NCBI GenBank assembly: GCA_002811645.1
Contig: PDIP01000049.1
Coordinates: 1 to 54,293, forward strand
Direction of reading: 5' to 3'
Length of the DNA: 54,293 bases
From: Corallochytrium limacisporum Hawaii
Lineage: Eukaryota; Protista; Pluriformea
The position numbers and the translations under genes are program-made. Below, piece by piece: positions 1 to 10,654 of this stretch (the stretch's first letter is position 1; the number at the start of each line of letters is the position of its first letter). Under the pieces are notes generated by a model that saw nothing but the letters and a program-made list of their open reading frames with translations, ran no database searches and was not told the origin of the DNA.

Positions 1-898
1 CTACCCCCCGGGGGCGCTCCAAAAGTTTCCGGCGCGTTCGGAACGTTGCCAAAACCACTGCCTTCGGCGGAGGGGCCCCCGGGGGGGAGGGGGCCCGTTC
101 CCCGGGCGTAGCCAACCACCACCGCGCCCCGTCAGAAAAGACCGAGGGAGAGAGACATTTTTTCCCTCCCCACTCCCTCCTTTTTTTTTTTGGGTGAAAA
201 TGTACTGGAGCCCGGTGGACACAAGTTGCCTCAGGCCCCTTAGGGGAATAATAGACCCAGAAGAATTTGCAGAATGGGTGGCTTCAGAAACTGACCCCTT
301 ATTCATTCGAAAGGCACTCGGCTCACTTCCTTTCCCCCCCCCCCCCGGGTCCCTCTCCAAATTTATGCTTTTAATTTTTCTTGGTTGGTTACCAACCCGC
401 CGGTGTCCGCGCTTGCTGATCGTCCTCCACCGGACACGTACCGAAACGATGACGGGTCCAAGCCCCTGCGCTTGCCCTCTTACGGATGCCTACCTCACCA
501 CGGGGGCCAACCACGGCACACACAGTGGGATACTACACGATCGCACCGTGATTCACGGAGCAACTCCAGCCCACTGGACGGGATTGCTGCTCGCCACAAT
601 TGCGTTTCAAAACAGAGTAACCCGTCTCTCAAGTCACGATTGATTAGTGGCATGTCCCAACCTTGTTTGGCGAGCCGGCCATGTACTCGGAACATTGTCA
701 CCGCCTTCAGCGCTCGACCAGTTCAAGAATCAAACACCGCGATACTAGGTCTCCTGATCAATTCATTCGCTGATCTTGCTTGCCGTGTATGTGTCAGACA
801 GCGAGCGACCAGAGGCAACCAAGACACTTTGGATCATTTTTTTCTCTCCAGATCCAACATGATGCTACAGTGTTGTGTGTTGGCGTGCTTACTGCTCA

Positions 899-922
899 CC
901 ACACACACACACACACACACAC
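899..922. repeat. (CA)n microsatellite
   Basis: Visible dinucleotide run. Confidence 0.9.
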
Positions 923-1260
923 AGACAGACACACACTCAACCCAGCATTCAAAGTAATCCCAGCCGTACTCGCGGGTCTTGGACTCTGCAAGATAGAAGG
1001 CTCGGGCCAGAGAAGCTGTAACTAAGCATAAGACGCAACCCCCAATCCGGGAATACGCCGAGAGGGCGTAATAAGAGCAACGCGTGGAACTTCTTCTTAA
1101 CACCAGGAAAATTAGAGGGGGAGCCAGGACGGAGGAAGACACCCAAAAAATTAGAGCAAGGAACCATGTAAAATGTATGGTGCAATCCACACACACACAC
1201 GCACACCCTGCACTCACCACCGTTCTCTGCCCTCTCTGATTTCGCTCTCGCTTCCCCTGT

Positions 1261-1266
<6 letters not shown>

Positions 1267-1306
<40 letters not shown>
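1267..1306. repeat. (CT)n microsatellite
   Basis: Visible dinucleotide run. Confidence 0.95.
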
Positions 1307-1311
<5 letters not shown>

Positions 1312-2182
1312 CTTGGCCTTCTTCCTTTCTTAAGTATTTTTTCCCTACTTTTCGTAAAGGATGTGCCCCCCCCCCCTGCCCTGCCCTTTAATCGCTGTTG
1401 GGCCCGCAGGGGGGGGGGGCTTGGGCTTGTATGAATTTTTTCTGCTGACTTCCAAAGTCCGAAGGGTAGCCCTGAAGTCTGCGGAGCCCACCTTTGCAAC
1501 AACCCCCGCTCCACCCACGCACTTGCTCGGTGCCCTGAAATGGCCCGGGTGAACCAGAAGGGAGGTGAGTAAGCCATCATTCCCTCGGGATAGGTAGATT
1601 GGTCCATCCCGGAGTGTTTGCCTGCATTGTGAATACTAAATTATCTGAAATTTATTCTGGATACCACGATTGTTGGAGATATATGGTACGCTAACACTCT
1701 CGTTCTCCGGTGTCGAACGCGGCAGCGGACAGGCTCGGTCTCCATGATTGAAACGAAGGTTTCCACAAAGTTTTTTTCTTTTTTTTTTTTGTGTGTGTGT
1801 GAGGCAGCAGTGTCCGTGCGTGTGTGATGGGGACTTGGTCAGGTCGGGTCCTGACTTGGTTCCCCCCCCACCGCCCGGAAGGAAAGGAAGAACAGACCCC
1901 ACCGCCCGCCACGGGCGCTTGGGTTATTTTCCCAACCACGGGCCCCAACCCCCCTCGCACCAACGTCCCTGATTTCCCTTTTCTTTTTTTCTTTGGTCTT
2001 TGGTTCGCGGCGCCCCCCCCCACGGCGCAGGTGACTTGGGCCGGTGGGTACCAAGATTCCCAGGAGAGAAGTGTGTGTGTGTTGCGGATTGGAATTTCTT
2101 CTGTTCCCGACACACGCCTGCGTTTTTGTTTCTTTTTGATTTCCTGTTCACACCACCACCAATGCCCAAAAAGGCGGGATTA

Positions 2183-2183
<1 letters not shown>

Positions 2184-2219
<36 letters not shown>
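2184..2219. repeat. (AC)n microsatellite
   Basis: Visible dinucleotide run. Confidence 0.95.
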
Positions 2220-2222
<3 letters not shown>

Positions 2223-3316
2223 ACGCAACGTCCACCACGTACGGATGTAGAAAGTTATGTGGTTTACTACCATCTCCTACACACAGATCAGGGTCCATGA
2301 AAGCCCAAGAACGAGAGGGAGCGAGACAGAGAGACAGAGAAACACAGAGGGGGGGGGGGGCAAGAGAGAGAGTGGTCCACCTGCAAATTTTAGGAGATCC
2401 CCGCCCTTGTCCAAATCGTTTCCCAGTAGCAGCAGATCTGGTAGCGCTGATAGAATTCCTAGCCCTTATTTCCGGCAGTGAATCGGGACAACTTGGCAGA
2501 GACACAGAGAGAGGGAGCGGGAGACACGGGAGAAAAGGGGAGAAGGGGAAGAAGGAGGGGGGGGGAAGAAGGGGGAACCGAACAGATGACCGGCGGGTGT
2601 AGCACACGTCCCAATCCTTTTTTTTTTCTGCCTTCCTTTATTTTTGCCTCTTTGCATTATTGCGTCGGTTTGCACCCATTGTTTTTGGCTCTCTTTTTTC
2701 TATCGTCCTACGTCTCTCTCGGTCTCGTTCTTTTTCTTTGTTCCTTTGGGCGCCTTGCGGTTCAGAACCCCCCCCCCAAACCCGAACCCCCTGCGGAGGA
2801 GGATCGTAAGTTCTCTCTCCACACTCGCATCTTGGGATCGTGGCCTTACGCCTCCCATTGACAGGCTTCGCGTGACAGCCCGAATCAACAGGAAGACGTT
2901 CCACAAAGTTCCATTTCCGACTCGGCAGCAAGACCTGTCGTATAGTACAGCCCTGGTAAGCTCGCGATGGCAACTTCAGCGGCAGCGTGGTATGAAAGAT
3001 TTCAGGAAACCACTCCAGTCACTGGATTTCACAAGTCATTGCTAGACACGACATAGTTGAAAGAACCCCGGAGATCAATGACCCTCTTGAATTTTCTGGA
3101 AGTGTAGAACTGACATAGAAGATACACACATTTCTCATTGGGCACGAGACACGAGTAGTGAACTGGGAATCAATTATCGAACCCAAGTGCTTACGGCTTG
3201 CATTTTAAACGGTTTCATAATGACAGTGAATACGAAAAACCCGAATCCAAGCTTCTCCCTTTTGAATTAGGGAAGCGTTATTGTGTAGTCTCGCGATTCT
3301 GTGACATAAGATAGCC

Positions 3317-6300
3317 ATGCCAAGCCGCCGAGACTCCCAAGACACGGACCATGGTCCGACATCGGTGGGTGCCGTTGACAGGAACTCGCAGATAGAATCA
3401 CACATTTCTAACGCCACATCGTGGACGAGCCGACGTAGTTCTGCCAGTTATCGTGACGAAGAAGCCGAAGCGGGCCTGCCCCTGCAACCTCGTAGCAGTC
3501 AGCACAGTTACACAGACTCCCGAAGGAATAGTCTATCGGATATCATCAATCGTCGAGCAAGCCTGGTGGGTTCATTTCTGCGGAGCAGCGGGCAAGCTTC
3601 CGATCCTGGAGACGAGTGCAACCGACCAACATCCGGGATGTACTACTTGGAGGACTGGGAAGCGATTCAGGAATTTTGTACCGAGGCCGTGCAGGCGCTG
3701 CCTTTTATGCGTGGACGCAGTATTGAATTCTTTGACGATCTCTTCAAGGCCATGACCCTGGAATCGATACCGGCGGGTGCGACAGTGATCCACCGCGGGG
3801 ACCGGAGGTCTCCTATGTATTTTGTAGTGGACGGAAGTCTGTCAGTTGGAGTGACCAAAGGAAGAGATTTTCCTGAGCTACTGCGCCCAGGACAACTGTT
3901 CGGACAACAGGGCCTCTTCTTTGGCATCAAGCGTATTTCTGCGGTTCGGACACTGACCCCGTGCAAGCTCGTCAAGCTGTCCGTGCCCGCACTTGAAGAC
4001 GTTTTGGCTAAGCACAAGGACGTTGTAGATTCTATTCGCACATTCCAGCAGCAGCACCTTCAGACTTGGCTCATGACCACCAAGGATGCAACTGAGATTG
4101 CCTCCGAAGCTCTGCACACAAAGGCGATTAATCCGTTGACGTTACGCTTCCAGCCGGAACTGGAGGCACAGTACCAAATTTTCAATAGGGACTTTTATTG
4201 GTGGTCCCGGCGACTAAGGCTTAGCATTGTAATGGGAATTATCTTGGCCGCAGCCATCGCCCTCAGTGCTGTCAACACCAATCTGGACTCAGCCTTGCGC
4301 TTAGACAGAATGGATCCCGCCTGGGTGTTCTTCTCTTTGCACGGAACGATTATCCTTTGCATGCTTGTTCCAATGTACATGGGCCGTGTGTGGTCGACGC
4401 CGGCATGGGATCTGCTTGCTTGTCTTGCTGAATTGCTACTAGGTGCAACGTTTATTGTGGCATCCCGAGCACAGCGTTTTACAGGCGTCCAGCCTTACCA
4501 GCTGATGTTCTGGTTTATAACTATGACACTGATGGTGCCCACGTCTTGGCCCTGGGATCTGGTCGTGGGTGGTGTGCTGTTTGTGACCTTCACCATTGTG
4601 ATGACCACTTCTGTGGACATTAACGACTCCGTGGAAGGGCACGTGACCTTTGCCATGGGTGTTGTCGGTCTGTTTGCCGGTGTCTGTGTGATTGCACATT
4701 ATCAGTACTGGAACGATCACTGGAGACGGCGCATTTTCCTGCAGAGTCTCATCATCGCGGACTCCAACAGCGCTCTGGAGAGGGAAATCGAGAAGGCTCA
4801 GCGGATGGTAACCGTGCTCTTCCCCGACTCGTTTTTCCGCATGGAAAGCAAGCAGGGCGTGCTCGAGATAAGCACCCTTGTCCGGGACCAGTTCCGCGTC
4901 TACGAAGACGTCACGGTCATGGCCGCCGATCTGGTTGGTTTTACTCCTCTCTCCAGCACCCTGGACCCTTCTGAACTTGTGACGATGCTCAATGACATGT
5001 TCACGGCCTTTGACGACATTGCTTCTGCCTACGGCATGGAGAAGATCAAGACCGTCGGTGATGCGTACCTTGCCGCGGCTGGAATTCCGACCCCGGATGC
5101 TGACGCACCGCGGGCAGTAGTCAATGCCGCATTGGCTATGCAGAACCGCATGCGTAACGTCGGCACTGTGTGGGAGCATAGCTTATCATTGCGCGTCGGT
5201 GTGCACATGGGCCCTGTCATGGCCGGAATCATGGGCAAGTTGCGCGCATTCCTAGATCTCTGGGGTCCGACAGTTGATACAGCCTTTGAATTGGAACGTA
5301 CTGCGCGTACTGGCACCGTGCACATCTCCAATGCCATTATGGACGTGCTGGGTATGGGCCTGAACGAGTACGAATGGGAACCGGACGAGAGTGTCGTGAT
5401 CAATGGCGAGGATATCCCCACGGCCGTAATCACAGCCAAGAATAGTGTAATGGGCATGGGCATGGGCATGGGAATGGGAATAGGAATGGGAATAGGAATG
5501 GGAATAGAAATGGGAATAGAAATGGAAATGGAAATGGATATGCTGCCGTTTAGTGCGCCGGGCGTGAATACTCGTTTAAGCGGACCTGCAGCCCTGGACA
5601 GAGCGGACGGCGCACCCAGTGAACTCGAGCCAACAGGTAGAAATACACGGATGACTCTTCCTGCCATGCCTTCCGCTGGTGATGGCTTGGAGGGTCTGTC
5701 CACGGGTCGGAAAAGCATCGCTGGTGGTAGAATGACCGGCCATCCAGCCATGATGCAAGGTCTGGGCTTCCTCAGAGGTCCGGGGAGCCACGGTGGCGGA
5801 TATGATGACATAGGTGATGTTCAAGCTGCGATGACGTCCTTTGGAGGAACTCGTACTTCCAGGAATGCTGGTGAAATGAGCGCGTTGCGATCCGCTGTAC
5901 CATCAGCAATCCCGGGACCGGATATTGGAGCCTGTCAACTGGTGCCTGGTGGTTCTCCGGGGGCATCATGCGGCGGCCCGGGCGCCGTGGACACCGGCCC
6001 GGTATCTGGCCCCTCAGCCATAGAACGCCTTGGCCTGGGCCAGCCCGTGCGCCCAGACAGCACTGAAGCCGGACGCATGGCTGCAGCGCAGGTGCTCGTG
6101 CCCGGCAGTGCAGGAACGCTATCGCGTGAGACAACGTCAATCATGTCGCAGAGTTCGTGGCACTCTGGCCGGAGACGATCGTCCGCCGATGCCTCAACCG
6201 TGGCCAGCGCGGCAGTGCTTGCGGAGGGCGCGGGAGCGTCGTCTTTCAATTCTCTCCCTACTGCTGCGGGAGGTTCCAGCCACCTGGACAGCCGCAGGGC

Positions 6301-9300
6301 TTCGTTGCTCACCGTTGAAGAAAATGACGACAGCGCTTTGCTCACAGCACGGCGTAGACAGCGCCAAACCGAAGCGGAGAGTGTGGTGGAAGCTCAGACC
6401 GGTCCAAAACGGGCCGGTTCTGCGTCGAATCTGCTCGCAGGAATCAACGGTCTTGGCGGGCAGGTAGGGTCTGGTCAATTGAAGTCTGTGAGTGCGATCG
6501 CGTCAAACGCTGTTACTGGAGCGGAGAACAACAGCATGTCCGACGATTCCGGAAGTGTCAATGATGCTGGCGCAGCGGCTCTTGAAGCAATGATTCAGCG
6601 GTCCAATGCCGCCACGGCGGCAGCGGTCCAAGCGAGCAAAGCCAAAGCAACTGTGGATGCCAGTGAATGCGTAGGACTAACTGAGATTGGTGTCCATGAC
6701 CAACATCGCCAACAGCAACTGGACATGAAAGGCGAAGATAGGAGAAAAGGAGGGATCGGCTGCTTTGGGCGCGGTCGTGGCCAGAGGCCCAAGGACTCAC
6801 CGGGCGCCTTCCCCTTTGGTGCCGTAACAAAGGAATCTACCTCACCCAGCGTCATCCCTCCTGCCATACCGATAGAACCGCCTCAATCGCATATGAATAT
6901 TTTGCCGGCCACAGGTGTGAACATGGCGGAGAACTTGGTGCTACGCAAGAAGCACGAGAGCCGTACCAGTGGCGTCGACGGAAGGCAACGATACTCTTCC
7001 TTTTCCCAAGGGAAACGGTCAAGAGATTCGTGGTGGCGGACTGTGCTAAACTCTTACGTTCCTGTGCGCAGTGGAGAGGCCGAAGAGCATCGTGGTATGC
7101 CCTCAGAGGCTGTCAACAATCGTTTGATACCTGATCAAAATGGCACTGGTGACGCAGCCGTGACTCACACGGGAACTCAGGTGTCCATCCAAATGAACGA
7201 ACTTCTGGAGCAAACTGCGGCCAATGCAACCTCCGTGACAGGTGCGGTTTGTGCAGCGGTGTCTCATTTGAAATTGAGCACTACCGATTCTGGTCTTATG
7301 CAGGCTACGCAGCAGGCGTCCCATGACACAATAGGAAGTGCAGAGGAGACGCGAGACGCACAATTTGCTGTGAACTCGTCATCTACCAGCGGCACCGGTG
7401 AGGGTGAAGATCATGCGGTGACTGCGGTGAATGGGTGTGCGGAAATGATTGGCGTAAAGATGGGCTTCTTGCGACACGTCTGGCCTTTTGATGTAGACGG
7501 ACGCGGGGCACTCTTTGACGACTATGTCGACGAGGTGGACCGAGAGGATCGGTTCCGGATCACGTTCCTTCTGATCTCTCTTTGCTTCACTACTGTGATG
7601 GTTCTGCAGCGAGTGAATGCAGATGACAATAGGTGGATAGCACCGTTGGTCACAACCATTGTGTTCTTCACTGGCTTCAGTGCTGCCTTTGTCATATCAG
7701 CAATACGGTCTCGTGCTTTGAACCGCACGGTCCGTCGCTTTGTGCCGTTACTGCTCACGTTTGTCATTTATCTCCCCGAGTTTATTGTCTTCGTCCTTGT
7801 TGTGCCTGACTTGTGTAGCGATATCCCGGACGTCACTTCTACTTGCCGCACCTTCGAATTCAGCGACGTGCCGTGTTGTGTGAATCTATACAACTACGAT
7901 TGGATTGCACAGATATTGATCATGGCCCATATCCTGTTTTTCGTGCGTAGTGGGTTCACTGTGTTGACCACATCCATGCTCCTTATCCTGCTGTTGAACG
8001 TAGTCGGTCATGCACTGCTTGATGCGGACGTCGTCATCCTGTCGCAGACCTTTCCATGGTATTTTGTGCAGACGTTAATCACCATCTTTGTAGCATACGT
8101 ATACGAGCGCGAGTTCCGCAACAACTACGGCAAAATTGCCACCATGGAGCAGCACCGTCAGGCCATTACTGTCGTCGAGGAGCGCATTGACTTGTTGCTC
8201 AACAATATCATTCCTACGACGATTGCTGCACAGATGAAGGAGGGACAGCCGATTGTTGCCGATCGATACGAGAATGTAACGATTTTATTTGCGACCATCA
8301 CTGATGCTTCTGGCGAACTGAACCTTAATCTGGAGACGAGTATTCTGAATGAAATAATCGTGTCCTTTGATGAACTGATCCCACTGTACTTTATGGAGAA
8401 GATCAAGGCTATCGGCAACACGTTTATGGCCGCCTGCGGTGTGCCTGTGGTGCGCAGCCGCAGTGCAATATACACTGCACAGTATTCGATCGCTCTGCAA
8501 CGTGTCGTAGCTGACTTCAATGAGCGAAATGGTACCAACCTGAACCTGCGCATTGGCATGAGCAACGGCCCCGTGGTTGGCGGAGTCATTGGCACCAAAC
8601 GCTTTTTGTTTGATATTTGGGGCGACACCGTTAACGTCGCGTCACGTATGGAATCCAGCTGTCCGTACGGACGGATCCAGGTCGACCGGCATTTGTACGA
8701 CATCCTGCGTGACCAGGCACTCTTTGTCAGACGGGGTGAGGTGTACATTAAGGGCAAGGGTGACATGGAGATCTTTTTCCTGGAGGGTATACAGGTCGAG
8801 GCAGGCCGCAAACGCGTGTCTATCATGCGCGACCCGAACAGGCGTCCAAGTTTCACTGGAGCCACTGGTCCCGGGTCCGCGACGTCGTCATTAGGCGGGG
8901 ATAGCGAAGGTGTTATCTTTCCCACGGGTAGGCGCGGGAGTGCTGTTGTCGGCATGAGTATGGCTTCGGTCATTGCCGAGGGGCTACACGAAGAGAGTCG
9001 CGATTCGCTCTTGGAGACGGGTAGCAGTGAAGTAGGGGCGGGTCAAGTCCGGTGCATCAGCCAGAATGAGGACACGTCCCCCACAACTGGAAATTCCCGC
9101 GCGCTACCAATGCTGAAGAGTGCATTGAAGGATAATGGAGACCTTGATGTTGACCATGGGAGCGGTGCTGCGGATATCACAGCCAAACGACGCGTCAGTA
9201 TTCATGTCGATGAGAATGATCTGCCTATCACCGCATTCATGAACACACCGTTGACCACCACAGATCACGGCACAACATCACCTGGAGCGGACGAGCCTGA

Positions 9301-9571
9301 TCCACCGGTGTCGCCGGACGTGACATGCCAACGAGAATGTTTGCAAGCCCTCGAACGCGATCAAGTCGCCCTGGCTAAGCCTCTGCGGAGCAGTCGGCGT
9401 GACTTTGCCGGCGATGGGATCAGCGGTCCGCGTGCCCGGGTGCAGGCTGCGGTCACTGCTTTGGTTTCCACAGCTTCGGGTGAGACTGCAGCCCCACACG
9501 GCTCGGACTGGAATGGATCCTCAGGAAGGGAACGACGCCGTTCATCATCCGGTGGCAAGATGCCAATGTGA
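3317..9571 (+). CDS. Transmembrane class III adenylyl cyclase (two TM cassettes, C1 and C2 domains) with N-terminal cyclic-nucleotide-binding domain
   Basis: 2084-aa ORF. CNB motifs (VIHRGD..MYFVVDGSL..PGQLFGQQGL..KRISAVRT); hydrophobic cluster; C1 ADLVGFT and KIKTVGDAY; long low-complexity linker; second hydrophobic cluster; C2 EKIKAIG, LRIGMSNGPVVGGVIG, FDIWGDTVNVASRMES, KGKG. Confidence 0.9.
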   Translation: MPSRRDSQDTDHGPTSVGAVDRNSQIESHISNATSWTSRRSSASYRDEEAEAGLPLQPRSSQHSYTDSRRNSLSDIINRRASLVGSFLRSSGQASDPGDECNRPTSGMYYLEDWEAIQEFCTEAVQALPFMRGRSIEFFDDLFKAMTLESIPAGATVIHRGDRRSPMYFVVDGSLSVGVTKGRDFPELLRPGQLFGQQGLFFGIKRISAVRTLTPCKLVKLSVPALEDVLAKHKDVVDSIRTFQQQHLQTWLMTTKDATEIASEALHTKAINPLTLRFQPELEAQYQIFNRDFYWWSRRLRLSIVMGIILAAAIALSAVNTNLDSALRLDRMDPAWVFFSLHGTIILCMLVPMYMGRVWSTPAWDLLACLAELLLGATFIVASRAQRFTGVQPYQLMFWFITMTLMVPTSWPWDLVVGGVLFVTFTIVMTTSVDINDSVEGHVTFAMGVVGLFAGVCVIAHYQYWNDHWRRRIFLQSLIIADSNSALEREIEKAQRMVTVLFPDSFFRMESKQGVLEISTLVRDQFRVYEDVTVMAADLVGFTPLSSTLDPSELVTMLNDMFTAFDDIASAYGMEKIKTVGDAYLAAAGIPTPDADAPRAVVNAALAMQNRMRNVGTVWEHSLSLRVGVHMGPVMAGIMGKLRAFLDLWGPTVDTAFELERTARTGTVHISNAIMDVLGMGLNEYEWEPDESVVINGEDIPTAVITAKNSVMGMGMGMGMGIGMGIGMGIEMGIEMEMEMDMLPFSAPGVNTRLSGPAALDRADGAPSELEPTGRNTRMTLPAMPSAGDGLEGLSTGRKSIAGGRMTGHPAMMQGLGFLRGPGSHGGGYDDIGDVQAAMTSFGGTRTSRNAGEMSALRSAVPSAIPGPDIGACQLVPGGSPGASCGGPGAVDTGPVSGPSAIERLGLGQPVRPDSTEAGRMAAAQVLVPGSAGTLSRETTSIMSQSSWHSGRRRSSADASTVASAAVLAEGAGASSFNSLPTAAGGSSHLDSRRASLLTVEENDDSALLTARRRQRQTEAESVVEAQTGPKRAGSASNLLAGINGLGGQVGSGQLKSVSAIASNAVTGAENNSMSDDSGSVNDAGAAALEAMIQRSNAATAAAVQASKAKATVDASECVGLTEIGVHDQHRQQQLDMKGEDRRKGGIGCFGRGRGQRPKDSPGAFPFGAVTKESTSPSVIPPAIPIEPPQSHMNILPATGVNMAENLVLRKKHESRTSGVDGRQRYSSFSQGKRSRDSWWRTVLNSYVPVRSGEAEEHRGMPSEAVNNRLIPDQNGTGDAAVTHTGTQVSIQMNELLEQTAANATSVTGAVCAAVSHLKLSTTDSGLMQATQQASHDTIGSAEETRDAQFAVNSSSTSGTGEGEDHAVTAVNGCAEMIGVKMGFLRHVWPFDVDGRGALFDDYVDEVDREDRFRITFLLISLCFTTVMVLQRVNADDNRWIAPLVTTIVFFTGFSAAFVISAIRSRALNRTVRRFVPLLLTFVIYLPEFIVFVLVVPDLCSDIPDVTSTCRTFEFSDVPCCVNLYNYDWIAQILIMAHILFFVRSGFTVLTTSMLLILLLNVVGHALLDADVVILSQTFPWYFVQTLITIFVAYVYEREFRNNYGKIATMEQHRQAITVVEERIDLLLNNIIPTTIAAQMKEGQPIVADRYENVTILFATITDASGELNLNLETSILNEIIVSFDELIPLYFMEKIKAIGNTFMAACGVPVVRSRSAIYTAQYSIALQRVVADFNERNGTNLNLRIGMSNGPVVGGVIGTKRFLFDIWGDTVNVASRMESSCPYGRIQVDRHLYDILRDQALFVRRGEVYIKGKGDMEIFFLEGIQVEAGRKRVSIMRDPNRRPSFTGATGPGSATSSLGGDSEGVIFPTGRRGSAVVGMSMASVIAEGLHEESRDSLLETGSSEVGAGQVRCISQNEDTSPTTGNSRALPMLKSALKDNGDLDVDHGSGAADITAKRRVSIHVDENDLPITAFMNTPLTTTDHGTTSPGADEPDPPVSPDVTCQRECLQALERDQVALAKPLRSSRRDFAGDGISGPRARVQAAVTALVSTASGETAAPHGSDWNGSSGRERRRSSSGGKMPM
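5450..5542 (+). repeat. Coding hexamer repeat (ATGGGC/ATGGGA/ATAGGA/ATGGAA) encoding MGMGMG..IGMG..MEMEM
   Basis: Tandem 6-bp units with drifting sequence, in frame just after C1. Confidence 0.9.
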
Positions 9572-10654
9572 AGGATGCCTAGGAAGGCCTGACACAGATA
9601 CCGCCCGCGGCTGTTGATCCCACTACCCCTCTATCGCCGATTACCCTCGGACCCATCCGTGCCTTGGGCACCGGCGATGCCAGCGCTGAGACCCCTGGCA
9701 GGAGCGGTAAGATTTTGGACGACTTGCTTTCAACATCACACCTGAACGACAGTGCAAGTCACATCCATCTCAGTTGTGGTGAGTGACGGCCGAAGAAGAC
9801 GTCTTCTTCGACCGGATCAGGTTATCTCCTCACTAGCAATAGTGCTTCCGTGGGTGCCGTCAAGAGGGTGCGGAGTGTATGGCCTGGACGTAAATCGGAA
9901 GACCTACACAGATCGCGAGAGAGACAAGATGGATGAGCGGTGGCCCTGTTCTAGGATAGTGCCAGTGAACGGGAATTTGATTCGTTCATTAGTCTTTGTA
10001 CAACTAATTGAGGTGACGTTGACGTCACCCAAGCTGAATACAACACGTCTTGCTATTCCACTTATTCTTTCAAGGTATCAGAACATTGTTAGTGGAGCGA
10101 AACCTTATTTGCTTTGTGGTTGCCTTCGCCCCTTCCCTCCCCCCGGGTTGCGCGCATTAGTGAATTGAGGCCGGTGAGGGGCGAGAGGGAGACAGAAAGA
10201 GAGACTATGGCGTGGCGTGTGGACGGCACAAGACGACTCTGGCTGTCCTGGGTTGAAAACCTTCTCCTTTGCCGGATCATTTCCTGGGGCTCGCGTCGAA
10301 ACAGTGATGCGCGTCTGGACGTTTGGGGTGCATTTGTGAGTGCGTTTCGTCTTGGCACCGATGTAATTTTCACGGCGGTACTTGGTACGAAGCAGATGGC
10401 ACCCCTATTCCATTTCTGACAAAAGCGAACATTGAGTTGAATCGGACTCTTTCACAAAGACAAATCCATTCCAAAAGCAACCGGAAGGATAAAGAAGCAG
10501 ACCAATACGAAAGAGGATAGGCCATGAGTGAATGTCCTCTGTGCGAGTTTGCCTCCCCCATTGATCACAGATTACCATCAAACAACGAAGAAATAAGCTG
10601 TGGACGACCAGCATCCCTAGACTCCGGGCTTTGTTCCCATCCACTGCCGTCAGA

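Noticed and set aside
1-3045. Many overlapping ORFs (THTHT, REREE, CVCVC)
   Set aside because: Products of microsatellites and homopolymers, often with non-ATG starts and no domain motifs
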